From Rebecca billardiae RCC1528 (lineage: Eukaryota > Protista > Haptophyta): a stretch of 64,000 nt of DNA. This document shows positions 13,291 to 25,235 of the stretch, in pieces. Positions within the stretch are counted from its first letter, which is position 1. Every line of letters begins with the position of its first letter. The position numbers were made by a program, and so were the translations under genes. The stretch is taken from NCBI GenBank assembly GCA_965240325.2, contig OZ251223.1, forward strand, positions 868,001 to 932,000. The letters are read 5' to 3'. The notes below the pieces were generated by a model. That model was not told the DNA's origin and ran no database searches. It saw only the letters and a list, made by a program, of their open reading frames with translations.

Positions 13291-14018
13291 TCGACTTGCG
13301 CCTGCTCTGAAGAAGAGTTCTGGGAGACCCTGGCGGAGAGGCATGGCAAGGGGGGCGTGTGGTGAAGTCGGAGACTCAGAGATCGATCAGTCCGGCATCA
13401 TGCGCCGCTGCCCCCGAGCTTGCGAGAGCCCGAACACAGGGCGGCGGCTGCGGCGGCGGCGGCGCGGCCGCGCGGCCGGCCGCGCAGGCATCGACAGGGC
13501 GCGGCAGGGGCGTGCGGAGTGACTAGTGAGCGGGCACGAACGCGATGTCGACGGCCGTCGGGACCCGCCGCAGACGCGCGCTCCAGGCGCCACTCGGCAC
13601 TCGCCACGCGCACCTGCCCATCGAGCGCCCCCTAGGGCTAGTGCGGACCAACCAAGAGTCGTCGCGGCTCGCTCGCCACCCCAGAAGAAACCTGCACACG
13701 TCGTCCTTGCGACGGCGGCAGGTTTTGAGCTCGCCAGCTCGGTAAGTCAGTGACTATGGAATGGGCTGGCAACGAATAGCTGCGCGGGTATTTTCAATAA
13801 GGCTTGCGGGTTTTAGACTCTAGATACCAACCGCCGCGAAGCCAAGTTCATATTCATCAACTGATCAAGGCGGAGGCAAACTATCACACATGAACGAGAG
13901 TCTACCCACAAAATTTACCCAGCCTGGCACATTTGGGCGTGGGTTTCGTTGATTCCTCTGTTCACTATTCAAGACGGCGGCCGCGTCCTTTTTCGACGCT
14001 AATGCACCTGTAAGGAAG

Positions 14019-14162
14019 TCTCAAAATCGAAACTCGGTCTCCTCCAGCCCTAAAAAATCGCCCCCCGTCCCTTTTTTCTTGATCAAAGATCTTTTTGAAA
14101 CGTGGTTCGGGCCCGCTGGTGCGGGCTCCACGCTGCGCGCTCCGCCCTGCACCGCGGGCCAT
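14019..14162 (-). mobile_element. Dispersed repeat (probable transposon end); inverted copy of 38878-39040
   Basis: Near-identical reverse complement of 38878-39040 apart from a 20-bp tandem duplication in the latter. Confidence 0.75.
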
Positions 14163-14280
14163 TAACGACGTGGACGTGGCCGGTATGCAACGGGCAGGCG
14201 TCAGAGTCAGCAGCAAGCTGTAGCAGCAGATGGCGAGCAGCAGAGACAAACACCACTGATGTCTGATCAGCGCTCCTCGC
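14163..14280 (-). mobile_element. 3'-end fragment of the RLE non-LTR family
   Basis: Matches 972-1068 (AACGACGTGG..GTATGCAACGGGCAGGCGTCA..GAGCAGCAGAGACAAACACC..GATCAGCGCTCCTCGC) with small insertions. Confidence 0.75.
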
Positions 14281-14745
14281 GCCCGCTAATTTTAAATACG
14301 ACATAAATGTATATGACGATGTACTCATCATAATAAGCCTCCTATACTCTATAGTCTTCGCCGCGGAGAGTGATCGCACTCGCAGACTCCGGCTCAGACT
14401 CAGAGTCACAGAAGTCAGCCGATAATATCCGGGCGATAACGAACCGAGTCGCGTTAAATCTAAGTTAATTTATGATGATTATGAACGACGAATAAATAAA
14501 CTACGATAAGTCTGCTTTTGACAGCCATTCACTCTCCGTCTCTCGAGAGTAACTAGAAGTAGAACTCGAGTACCGGCGCGCATCATAGGTGGCTAGGTCC
14601 AGCCGACAGTCCTGAGTCCAGGTCGGAGCACTCCCGGTCTGCTGTCTCCGCCGGGTGCCAGCCAGATCCGGATTCCGGGCCGAGCCCGAGATGTCAGATG
14701 ACATGGCCCAACAGCGGTCATGGCATGATGACGCGCGCCACGATG

Positions 14746-15447
14746 TCATGGGAGAGGAGCGCTGTCGCTGGAGAAGTCTGCCAGGCTCGTGCACCCTGCT
14801 CTGAGCGCGTCGGCGGCGGGACCACCGACGCCGCTGAGGTCGGGGTACCTGTCACACACTGTGGCGATGCCGTCAGCCGTTGTGACCGTAGCCCGGAACC
14901 CATTTCGCGAGGGAGGTGTGCACACTCTCAGGTGAGCGCTCAGCCGTTCAGGGTGCAGCAGGCGCCCACAGTTGCTGCATGCGACCCGAGAAAGAACCGC
15001 TGCATCCGCGTTGTGGCCGCCATCATCAACGAGGCGTTGCATCTCCGACCAGTGCGCAGCTGTGCTTGGAAGCGCTCCCGCTGCAGTGACCGTCGGGCGG
15101 AAGCTAGCCACCGTCGTCCGTGCGCATACGCGAAGATGCACAGGTAGCCTTTGCGGATGGAACTTGCGCCCACACTGCTCGCATAGCACGCGCTCGATGC
15201 CCTCCACGACCTCGGCACTGGCTAGCGCTGAGGCATCGAAGCGGTCTGCCACAGTGGGTAGTGCGTCCGCACGCGTGACGGTCGGCCGAAAGCCGCGGGA
15301 GGAGGCCGGCTCACACCTGCGGAGATGCGCGCGCAGCTTGTCCGCGAAGAATCGCCGGCCACAGTTCGGGCATGGCTCCAGGTCCCACTGGCTCGCATCA
15401 TCCGCTGCTGGTGCAGCGACGAGTCTGATGTCAGCGACGACGTCCAT
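14746..15447 (-). CDS. Protein with three C2HC zinc fingers (zf-C2HC_2 / ZC2HC1-like)
   Basis: CPNCGRRFFADKLRAHLRRC, CEQCGRKFHPQRLPVHLRVC and CSNCGRLLHPERLSAHLRVC, each followed by FR(P/A)TVT. Confidence 0.8.
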   Translation of the reverse strand: MDVVADIRLVAAPAADDASQWDLEPCPNCGRRFFADKLRAHLRRCEPASSRGFRPTVTRADALPTVADRFDASALASAEVVEGIERVLCEQCGRKFHPQRLPVHLRVCARTTVASFRPTVTAAGALPSTAAHWSEMQRLVDDGGHNADAAVLSRVACSNCGRLLHPERLSAHLRVCTPPSRNGFRATVTTADGIATVCDRYPDLSGVGGPAADALRAGCTSLADFSSDSAPLP

Positions 15448-15857
15448 CGTGTCGTTGATGGGCGTAGTAGTACCTTACGCAGTGAGTTTTGAATTCGTCG
15501 TATCAAAATGATTACGGTGCGGTTAACCGTACGTACCACTTGATTGCCATCAATCAATCCAATGTCAAGGCTTCCCGGTCGCGGGAGCTTCGCGTTTCTG
15601 AGATTGGCGAAGATTGCGCGGTTGCGACATTTTGTGTAATTTTCAGGCCGTAGAGATGGGCGCTGATGACAATGGAGATTCTCGATTCCCGGGTAACTTG
15701 GCCACATTCACAGCGATTCTACCAGTGCGATCCAGTGATTGGTCCTTTCCAACGCCTGTGGCTTCGGGGAGCTACCAAAGCGGTTCATCACGAACCTCGG
15801 CCCGCAAACGCCGCTTGCAAGCGCCGAGCCCGCGCGGACCGCGGGAAGCAACTCGTC

Positions 15858-17168
15858 ATGCGCAACGCAATCCTCCTGCTGCTCCCCGCGGCGACAACGC
15901 CACGCGCTACGCCACGCGCCGTGGACGTTGCCATCATCGGAGGTGGACCGTGCGGCCTCGCCACCGCGCTTGCCCTCAGCCAGGCACCATGCCTCCGTGG
16001 GCGGCGCGTCGCGATCTACGAGCGCGATTCGCTCGAGACAAACAAGGGCGCGGCGCTTGCGCTGTCCAAGCCCGGCTGGGCAGCGCTGGAGACGCTCGAC
16101 GCCGAGGCCGCGACCCGCATTCGCGCACTCGGCGCGCCCGTCACGCGCATCCGGGCCCGCGCCCTCGACGGCTCCCCACTTGCACCGCGCGTGGAGCGCA
16201 TGCAGAAGGCGGCGGCGGGCTACGCGCGGCAAGCTGCGATCAATGCCGGGCTCGCGCGTGACGAGCGGCAGCGCACGCACCTGTGGAGCGACGTCAGAGG
16301 TGTACTCGCCGAGCGCGTCCGCGAGCAGCTCGGCCCCGATGCGCTCCACCTCGCACACCCTCTTGTGGCCATCGCCGAGCGCGCACCCTCGGACGGCGTC
16401 GACCTGACGTTCAGGCCCGCCGACGACGGGGCGGAGGAGCGCGTGCGGGCCGAGATCGTGCTGGCGTGTGATGGCGCGAGCTCGATGGTCCGCCGCCTGG
16501 CACCGGCAGGCCCTCGCGCGAGCGAGCTGCTGCTGGGCACGGGCAAGACGGCGTGGCGAGGGATTGCCCCGAGCGCGCATGCGCGCGGCATCGTCACCCG
16601 CTTCGCTGGGGCGAGCAAGAGCGGCCCGATGCTCGGCCTCACGTTCCCGGCAGGCCCGGGGCGCGGCGTGAGCTGGACGGTGACTGGGTCCAGCCCGCCT
16701 GGCCGAGCCGCGGATGCCGAGCACGCGCGCGAGCGCCTGCTCCGCGCCCTGCCGCCCGATATGTGCGCGCAGCTGCGCGACGTGATCCACGCCTCCCCGT
16801 GCGTCCTCGAGCACAAGATCGTGGTGCGCGACTTTGAGCAGCCGTGGAGCAGCGGCTGCGAGCGCATCGCGTACATGGGCGACGCTGCGCATCCGCTCCG
16901 GCCCACGGGCGAGGGCACTGCACTCGCCTTCGAGGACGCGGTTGTTCTTGGCGAGATTGCGCACGCCGTCCCGTCGGCAGCGGAATTCCTGAGTGGCAGC
17001 ATGCTGCGCGAATTCGAGGCGAGGCGGCTGCCGCGCGTTCGGGCGGTGTCAGAGGAGACCAGCGCACTCGCCAATCGCGCGTACGTGCGCGCGCCATCAC
17101 CACGCTCCGCAGCTAATGCCGAGCCGGCGCGCGTGCATGCGACGACTGCCGGAACACGCCGCCCCTGA
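15858..17168 (+). CDS. FAD-dependent monooxygenase (group A, UbiH/zeaxanthin-epoxidase-like fold)
   Basis: VAIIGGGPCGL (GxGxxG), DG motif ACDGASS, GD motif YMGDAAHP. Confidence 0.88.
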   Translation: MRNAILLLLPAATTPRATPRAVDVAIIGGGPCGLATALALSQAPCLRGRRVAIYERDSLETNKGAALALSKPGWAALETLDAEAATRIRALGAPVTRIRARALDGSPLAPRVERMQKAAAGYARQAAINAGLARDERQRTHLWSDVRGVLAERVREQLGPDALHLAHPLVAIAERAPSDGVDLTFRPADDGAEERVRAEIVLACDGASSMVRRLAPAGPRASELLLGTGKTAWRGIAPSAHARGIVTRFAGASKSGPMLGLTFPAGPGRGVSWTVTGSSPPGRAADAEHARERLLRALPPDMCAQLRDVIHASPCVLEHKIVVRDFEQPWSSGCERIAYMGDAAHPLRPTGEGTALAFEDAVVLGEIAHAVPSAAEFLSGSMLREFEARRLPRVRAVSEETSALANRAYVRAPSPRSAANAEPARVHATTAGTRRP

Positions 17169-18108
17169 ATACGCTACGACATCCTCCGGGCATCGCTCAC
17201 GCCGTGACATGGACATGGTGTGGGTCCGGGACCGGCTATAATCGCTCTTCTGATTAAAATAAACTTCCTCCGACAAACTCAGCAGCGGCATGATCAGCCT
17301 GGCACAACAATCAGATCTAGCTATAGTAACTTTATTATTAATGTATCGGTATTCATCAGTAGTACTAGTAGCCTCGGTAACTTAGCAGTATATACCGCGT
17401 TATACTGAGTCGATGACAGCCCGCGGCGACTTACGGCGAACGATCATCATCATCACTCACGCGAAGTGTCAAGTGAGTCCGAGTGACCGAGCTCAAGCTC
17501 AACGGAGTCCCGCCATACGCTTAGATACTAAGACGCGCCGCTGTTCAATGACTACAATGATCTTCATCAATTAGCACCGATCGAGTCTCAGCATAGTCTG
17601 CTGAGACGAGTGCGGAGTGAGTCGACGAGTCAATCAGTTAGCAGCTGTGATCAGTCGTCTAATTGGATGCTGACTCGCGATCGTCTTGAGCTGAGACACT
17701 GCACTCGCGATCGTGCACCACTTGTTTGTGAACAGTGTCGTCGTATTATAACGTCGTCATGACACTGCGGGCCGATGCGGCAATCACTCATGCAACGGGT
17801 CACCGGTCACTCGGTCGGGCAGCAGTGTCAGAGAGTAACTAGTTAGAGACAGAGTCAGCACTAGCACGGTGACGGTAGCAGCCGGATCGGGCAGCAGCCC
17901 AGGCTCGGGACAAAGTCGGCCTAGGCTACAAACTGTCAATGAGTCACAGTGTCAAAAAGTCACTGAGACAGTAACACCATCACTCCGCATAAAATGCATT
18001 ATAAATAATCTGACCGCATCATCAGGATCAGCGCTCCTCGCCGTCGTAGCTCAGCGAATCATCAATAAAACGATTGAACTACAATTCGATGAATTCAATT
18101 CCGAACTA

Positions 18109-18594
18109 ATGCTCATCGCCCGCGCGCGCATGGCGCACGTGCGCCCGGGGGCACGCGCCCGCGGCCGGGCGCTGCGTACGACGACTACTGTCAGACTGGG
18201 CACCAGTCCTCGGTGACACCGTTCCACAGGAGTCGCGGGTAAGTTTCCGCATCTACCCGCACGCCACCGGCGGAGGCACGATCTCACTACTACTATCTCG
18301 GCAGCCCCAAGCCCCGAGCCGGGTACTCCGGCCCGTCCGGGGCTGATCCATCATCTGATGATGTGACACCGTCCGCCTCGCCCCTTCGGGGCGGTCCTAG
18401 CCCCGCCTGGTCGCTTCCTGGTGGACCTATCGCCCACACGCGCGGTAGGGAGCACCCACGCTTCTTCTTCAGTCTAACAACTACTTCGAGACGACGGCTG
18501 ACGACGCGTGGCACCGCGACCACCGCGGCGGCTGCTACAGCTTGCTTACTCTGACGCTTGCCCGTTGCATACCAGTTAGTAGTTACCACGTCGT

Positions 18595-18596
<2 letters not shown>
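18109..18596 (+). mobile_element. Plus-strand fragment of the RLE non-LTR family, interrupted by a solo LTR and ending in (AT)n
   Basis: [22 protein letters not shown]|[15 protein letters not shown] matches the copy at 972-1683; terminus CCACGTCGTTG is followed by an AT array at 18597-18650. Confidence 0.8.
18189..18479. mobile_element. Solo LTR (291 bp)
   Basis: TG...CA ends with 10-bp imperfect inverted repeat (TGTCAGACTG / CAGTCTAACA) and 5-bp TSD ACTAC. Removing it restores the host retroelement sequence seen uninterrupted near 1200. Confidence 0.8.
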
Positions 18597-18653
<57 letters not shown>

Positions 18654-19135
18654 GCCATAAATAAGTATACTTATTAGTAAGGCATGATCCAATTTATTTT
18701 AATTAAATATTATTTTAATATATATATATATTAATTGTGCTGACACAATCACACAATTGACAGCAACATTCGGCTCACCGGGGCACGACCGGCATTCCTG
18801 GCCGTCCTTGCCATACCAGTCGTGACCGGCGGCGGCCACGGCACGGGCACGCGTCAGCCGACGGCCACGCCGCACGCATGGCCAGCTGAAACTACCCCGT
18901 ACCCGGAGGAGTCCGAGGACGCAGCGGAATGTGCCCTGTGCTCGGCAGCCCATGAAGTTGAGCTGCGCGAGTCCCGGCACACGGCTGCTACTCAAACAGG
19001 CGCGCGTGCACCCATTGGGCACGCGGACGCGCGTCCACGGCTGCGACCGCCGAGTCACCATGCGCTGCGCAGCGTGGTGCGCAGCGGGCCAAGCGGCGGG
19101 CAGCGCCGCCGCGGCGGACCCCCGACCGGGCGCGT

Positions 19136-20048
19136 CTAGCCCTCCTTGGTCTTCTGGAAGGACTTCTGGCCGCGGAGGCGGCCGGTTCGGCGCGCGGCGA
19201 TGAGGCCGACCTTCTGGCCGGGCGACGCCTGCCGCTTGCACGTCGACGGGTGGCCGATGTGCTGGTGGTTGCCACCGCCGTGCGGGTGCTCGACCGGGTT
19301 CATGGCGACGCCGCGCACCTTGGGCCACGAGTTGCGCTTCACCTTGTACTTGTGGTACGCGCGGCCGGCCTTCAGCATCGGCTTGTCGATGCGGCCGCCG
19401 CCCGCGACGATGCCCACCTGCGCGCGGCACTTCGCGTGGATCGTCTTCTTCATCCCCGACGGCAGGCGGATGCGCACCTTGCCGTTCTCAAGGACGTTGA
19501 TCACCTGCGCAAAGTCGCCCGATGCGCGCGCGTACGAGCCGCGGTCCGCCGGCTTGTGCTCGACGTTGCAGATGATCGTGCCCGGTGGCATCTCGCCCAC
19601 CGGCATCACGTTGCCCGGCACGAGCTCGGCTGCGCGGCGGCGCGACACGCACGGGCGCACGAGCACGCGTGAGATGTGCGGCGTGAGCAGAGAGCAAAGG
19701 TGCATCGCACCCCACGGCCTGCCGCCCTGCCCGGCCAGCACGGTGTCATCCCCCGGGCGGGCGCTCACCCTTCTTGCCGCAGTACACGGCCTGCCCCGTG
19801 TACATCCCCTCCGTCGCGACGAAGGTCTCCTTCGCCTTCTTGTACTTGTACGGGTTCCTGAAGTCCACGCGCGCGAGCGGCGCGCCACGGCCCGGGTCGT
19901 GCAGGATTTCTGTGATCACGCCCTTGATGTAGCCCTCGCGCTCCGCGAAGTCGAGCGCACGCAGCTTTGCCGCGCCCTTGCGGTAGTGCGTGTGCGACTT
20001 GAACACAGAGCCGCGGCCCTTCCGCTGCGCGCGGATCACGCGCCCCAT
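19136..20048 (-). CDS. RPL8: 60S ribosomal protein L8 (uL2); intron 19630-19768
   Basis: [46 protein letters not shown]. Confidence 0.98.
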
Positions 20049-20262
20049 GGCTCACTCAACGAGGCGAGGGACGCACGCCACCCTGCTCGCCTTGCCACGC
20101 GGCTCCTGCAGGGCCGGACGCGGGTTTGGGAGCCCCGGATTTCAGATTGTCTGTCCGGAGCTACGCGAGTCCGGCTGGCAGGGTCTGGACGTTCACAGGC
20201 GCAAGCTTCTCGAAGGCGCGCGACACTGGCGGCAGGCCGAACGGATCGGAATCCATCACATC

Positions 20263-20853
20263 ATGCTGCGCGCTTTCATTCTGCTGCAGGTCGCGGCGCT
20301 CGCGGGGGCGTGGCAGCACGCGGGCAGCCCTCCGGGCGGCCGGGCGGTGGCGTCGCGCGTCTCCTCGAGCGCGATTCGCGCCGGCCTCTTCGATGGCGTC
20401 AAGGACGCCTTCGCCAACCCGAGCGCGCCGCAGGACGCGGATCGCGTGACGCCCATCGACCGCTGGCTTGGCATCGACAAGGATCTCACGTCGCCAAAAA
20501 TGCAGAAGACCTTTGTCGACCCGCAGGACGCCGCAAACTACCGCAGCATCGCGCTCCCCAAGCCGATGGGCATCAAGTTCCTCGAGAACGGCAACACCGG
20601 CGGCATCGTCGTCGAGGGCGTGCTGCCTGAGGGCAGCGCCGCGTCGACCTCTGCGGACATTGTTCCGGGCGACCAGCTAGTGGCCGTCGGCGACGACCTC
20701 GTCATGGGGCTCGATTTTGACGCGGCGCTCGGCGCGATTCAGAACGCCGAGGGTGAGCAGATCAAGCTCACCTTCTTCCGTGGTGCGGATGAGTTCCTGT
20801 ACGGCCCGACCTCGCCAGACGCCGAGTGGTTGAGATCTAACGCGATGAAGTAG
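20263..20853 (+). CDS. PDZ-like domain protein with bipartite (signal + transit) plastid-type presequence
   Basis: MLRAFILLQVAALAGA-W followed by an S/R-rich stretch; LPKPMGIKF..PEGSAA..PGDQLVAV..GLDFDAAL is PDZ-like. Confidence 0.75.
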   Translation: MLRAFILLQVAALAGAWQHAGSPPGGRAVASRVSSSAIRAGLFDGVKDAFANPSAPQDADRVTPIDRWLGIDKDLTSPKMQKTFVDPQDAANYRSIALPKPMGIKFLENGNTGGIVVEGVLPEGSAASTSADIVPGDQLVAVGDDLVMGLDFDAALGAIQNAEGEQIKLTFFRGADEFLYGPTSPDAEWLRSNAMK

Positions 20854-21359
20854 GCGGCGGTCGGGTCTCTCGAGCGCACCGTACTGTGACGTGCTGCCCG
20901 CGCGCGTGCCGCCACATCCGCCGCGCACGACGCAAGCTGCCCTGGAGCCCCCGCCGGAGTGGGCTGCCTGGCTTCCGTCACAGTGCCGAGCGCCGCTGGC
21001 GGGCCACAATGATCAGTCTTGGCGCCCGCAGCACACAATTCTGAAACTGGTGCGCCTCGGAGACTCCGACGATGTCAACGTTAGAAAGTCTGCTCGGCCA
21101 TCGCGCCGCTACTGCCCCATCGCATGTCGCCGGGCTGAACATTGCTGTCACTGAACGAGATGCCTGAACTCCGCGAGCCAATACAGTCCGTCAGTCGTAC
21201 TCCATGGTCGCCCGTGGCGGGGGCGGGGCGACGACGTCGCTCATGAATAAACATGCGGCTGATGGGCGATCGTTTTATTATTATATTGACGTTTTCTATA
21301 TTTTTTTTTCGCGCTTGCGCCGCCGGCGCCTTTGCCGGTGGCGTCGAATCGGTTTCACG

Positions 21360-24300
21360 ATGTCGCCAGCCCCAGGCGAGCGCCGGCTGACGCGCTTCAT
21401 CTGCACGGTGCAGGGGAAGCCCCTGGTGGTGCCCTTCGATGCGTCCAAGTCGGTGGCCGAGTTTCGCAACGAGATCGAGAAGCGCGCGCGCCGCCAGCTC
21501 GGCGAGGGCGCGACGCGGCTGCACGTCGCGCGGCTGCATGCGCGCTCGGACGAGGGGCCGGAGCTGAGCGTGAAGAACGCGACCGTGCGCCGCGCGCTGG
21601 GCGACGACACCACCGTGTTCGTCGCGACGACGGGCGGCGAGCAGGAGGACGCCTCGCTCCGCTCGCCCGCGGAGCGCACCACCTCCTCCGCGCGCCTCGC
21701 CCTCAACGTGCTCAAGGCGGAGGACGAGCAGAACATGCTGCTCTCGCTCACGCCGTACGAGCCCGCCGCGTACGCGCGCACGGGGCGGCCGGCGTCGCGC
21801 CCGTCGTCGGCGCGCGGGCGCGCGGCGAAGCAGCCCGCGCCGCAGGGCGCGCGCGCCTCCGCGGCCTCCACGCGCACGCGCCCGAGCTCGGCCGGCGCGC
21901 GCGGCAGGGGCGGCGGCCACGCGACGCCGTCGAGCGCGCCGAGCGCCGGCCGCGCCGCGCCGCCGCGCACGGCGGGCTCCGAGGGCCCGCCGCCGGGGCT
22001 GGTGAGCGTGCTCGCGCTGATGCGGGCCGCGGACGAGGCCCCGCCCTCCCCCCGCTCGCCCCACGCCACGCCGCGCACCGCGTGGGCGGCCGAGAGCGCG
22101 CGCGCGGCCGGAGGCGGGCCGGCGGCGGAGGGCGCACCGGCGGGGTCCGATCCGGCGCCGTGGCGCGAGCTGCACCCGCTGGCGACGGCGGAGTCGGGGG
22201 CCGAGGGCGCGCACGGCGCGCACTCGCCGAGCCGGGCGAGCCCGCCGCACCCGCGCTCGCCCGGCGGCACCCCCGCCGCGCGCGCCGACTCCGGCCGGCG
22301 CGACGAGAGCGGCGGCGCGGAGCAGGCGGAGCTGAGCCACGAGGCGGAGCAGCGGCTGCGCGCGGAGATCGACAACGACGTGATGATCGCGCGGCGCAAG
22401 GCGCTGCAGCGCTTCCCGACGGGGGCGCGCACGACGCTGGGCCGCCGGCCGAGCTCGGCGGGCAAGCGCTCCTCCACCGGCAGCCGCGGCGCCGACTCTT
22501 CCACGCGCTCCGAGACCGCGCGGCTCGCGAGCGCCGGCGGCGCGCGCACCGCGGCCGCCGCGGCCGCGGCCGACGAGGCGGCGCAGCAGGTGTCGCAGCG
22601 CGAGCGCTTCCTCGAGACGCTCACGCTCGAGGCGCACACGGCGTCGGACGCGCACGCGCGCGCGGCGGGGCAGGCGCCGCCCAAGGTGCCCGCGTGGAAG
22701 ACGCGCGTCCTCGAGCGCATCAAGGTCACCGCCCTCTCCCCGGGCCGGCAGCCGCCGCGCATCTTCAGGCCGGTCGACCCCAAGGCGCTCGAGCCCAAGA
22801 TCATTGCCTCGCGCGCGCGCAGCGCGGGCCGCGCGCGCGCCGCGGCGAAGGGGCGGGCGGAGGGTGCGGTCGCGCCGCGCGGCGCGGGCGGCGCGGACGC
22901 GCCGCCCGCCGACGAGTACGACACGCGCCGGCTCTCCGCCTCCGCCTCCATCTCGCGCATCACCTCCTCGCCGTACGTGCTGCAGGGCGTGCGCGAGCTC
23001 GAGGCGGTCGTGACGGGCGAGGGCTTGGCGCTGCGCGGCAGCGACGACGGCGGCGGCGCGGGGGAGGAGACGCCGCGCTCGCCCGCGTCGAGGCTCGCGG
23101 CGGCGGCGGCGGGGCCGGCGGCGCGCGCGGGCTCCAAGCAGCACCACCACCGCCAGCACCCCTCCAGCCCGGCCGCCATCGCCGCGCTCGCCTCCAAGGA
23201 GCGCGAGCGCCGCCTCTACTACTACACGGACGCGCTCGCCAAGCAGGAGCTGGAGGCGTACTACCTGGGCGAGCGGCACGGCCGGCTGAAGGAGCAGCTC
23301 GAGGAGAAGGAGGCGCGCGACGCGGAGGAGCTCGACCCGCGCCTCGCGCAGTTCCGAGACCGGCCGGCGGAGCTCGACGCGGCCGCGCACAAGATTCGGC
23401 AGGTGCGCGCGCCGCGAGCGCGCCGCGCGGCCGCGCCGCGCGGCCGCGCGCGAGCGCGCCGCGCGCGAGCGCGCGCGCACCCACCGATCCGCCTCCCTGC
23501 TCCCGCCGCCGGCGCCGGCGCCGGCGCCGCCCGCAGCGCCTCTTCCACCGCGTCAACCTGTGCGAGGTGCGCGTGAACGAGACCCTCGCCACGCACCGCG
23601 TGCTGCGCGAGAAGGTGAACGTGCTGCGCAAGCAGCGGATGGCGCTGCTGCGCCAGCTGCAGCGCGCGCAGCGGCGCGCGGCGTCGCTCTCGCACGACCT
23701 CAAGTTCATGGCGCACGTGGCGCACACCGAGGTGGACAACACGACGAAGCTCGAGTCCAAGCTCGAGCGCACGATGAGCGAGTTCACCTGGGAGACCGAG
23801 CACTACAAGCGCAACGTCGACTCGCTCGACGGCGCCATCCACGCCGCCGACCTGCAGATTGTGAGCTCGCTCGAGCGCGCGGACGCGCAGCACGAGCACA
23901 ACAGGCAGGAGCAGTGGGGCCGGATCCACCAGTGGCGCACGGAGGAGGCGCGGCTGGCGGGGCGGCACGGCTTCATGCGCTCGCACTCCTCCTACCTCGA
24001 CGCCAAATTCCGCACGGTGTGCAACCTCGTCCACGTCAAGTTTGACGGCCTGCTCGAGGTGAGGCAGACGCGCCGGCGCCGGCTGCCTGCCTGCGCGCGC
24101 GCGCGCGGCGCGGCGCGGCGCGGCGCGCGAGCGGCCCGCCTCGGCGGGCGGGCAAGGGCTGCGCGTTGGGGCCCCGGCGCGAGGCCGCGCGCATGCGTGC
24201 GCGCGAGCAAAGCACTCGCGCCGCGCCGCGCCGCGCCGCGCCGCGTGCGTGCGCTCACCCCGCGCCGCGCTCGCTCGCTCGCCGCACGCCGCACGCCGCA

Positions 24301-25235
24301 CGCAGCCGTCGACGACGGCCGAGGTGCTCGCGGCGCACCGCTCGCGCGAGACGCTCAACACGTCGCTGTGGCGCATCAACGACGAGCAGACGCTGTCCGT
24401 GGCGGCGCTCGAGGCGGAGGTGAAGGCGCTCCAGCACAAGGAGGCCGAGCTCTCCAAGAAGGAGGTACGCGCCTTCCACGCGGACGACGTCGGCGGCGGC
24501 GGCGGCGGCGGCGGCGGGCTGGGTGACGATTACATGGAGAAGGCGTATGAGGAGTACGAGGTGCGGCGCACGCCACGCCACGCCACACCCCGAGCCCGCG
24601 CGCGCGTGTGCGCGTAGCGTGTGCGCGTAGCGTGTGCGCGTAGCGTGTGCGCGTAGCGTGTGCGCGTAGCGTGTGCGCGTAGCGTGTGCGCGTAGCGTGT
24701 GCGCGTAGCGTGTGCGCGTGGGCTCTCTCGCGGTGCGCCGGGTGACGCCGCGTGGCGGAGCGGCCCACACGTGCGCCCGCACGCGCGCTCACGCCCCGCT
24801 CGGCGCGCGCGCGCGTACTCCGCGTGCCCTGCGCGTGCCCTTGTGTGCTGTGCGCCCCAGGTGATGACCTCAGAGATGGAGCCGTTGCTGCTGCAGCTGA
24901 TCGAGCCGATGACGCGGCTGTTCGAGCTGCTCGAGTGCTACGACACCGACCAGCTCAGCCAGGAGGCGAGAGACGAGGGCATCACGCGCGACACGCTGCC
25001 CGCGTACCTGCACGCGGTCGACGTGCGCGTGCGCGAGCTGCAGCTGCGCGCCAAGAAGTGCGTCGAGCTGCGCGCGGGCGCCGAGCCGTCCGAGCAGGAG
25101 GACACGCTGCGCGCGTTCGTCGACAAGCTCAAGCTGTACGACGCGCCGCGGCACGCGACGACGAGCGGCATGAAGCCCAAGGTCATGTCACAGGTCGGGC
25201 GACTGGAGACCCTGCTCGTCGATGCGGACGGCTGA
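21360..25235 (+). CDS. Outer dynein arm docking complex (ODAD1/CCDC114/ODA-DC2-like) coiled-coil protein with long low-complexity N-terminus; exons 21360-23402, 23537-24058, 24306-24560, 24861-25235
   Basis: ETLATHRVLREKVNVLRKQR, ETLNTSLWRINDEQ and GITRDTLPAYLHAVDVRVRELQ resemble conserved ODA-DC blocks; GT-AG introns join the frames. Confidence 0.6.
24604..24719. repeat. Intronic 13-bp minisatellite (GCGTGTGCGCGTA) x ~9
   Basis: Perfect tandem units, no spacers. Confidence 0.95.

Noticed and set aside
13816-13830. tRNA-Met PBS-like word (reverse complement TGGTATCTAGAG)
   Set aside because: Not adjacent to a CA-ending LTR; probably chance.
24604-24719. Possible CRISPR-like array
   Set aside because: A spacerless 13-bp minisatellite in an intron; no cas genes.
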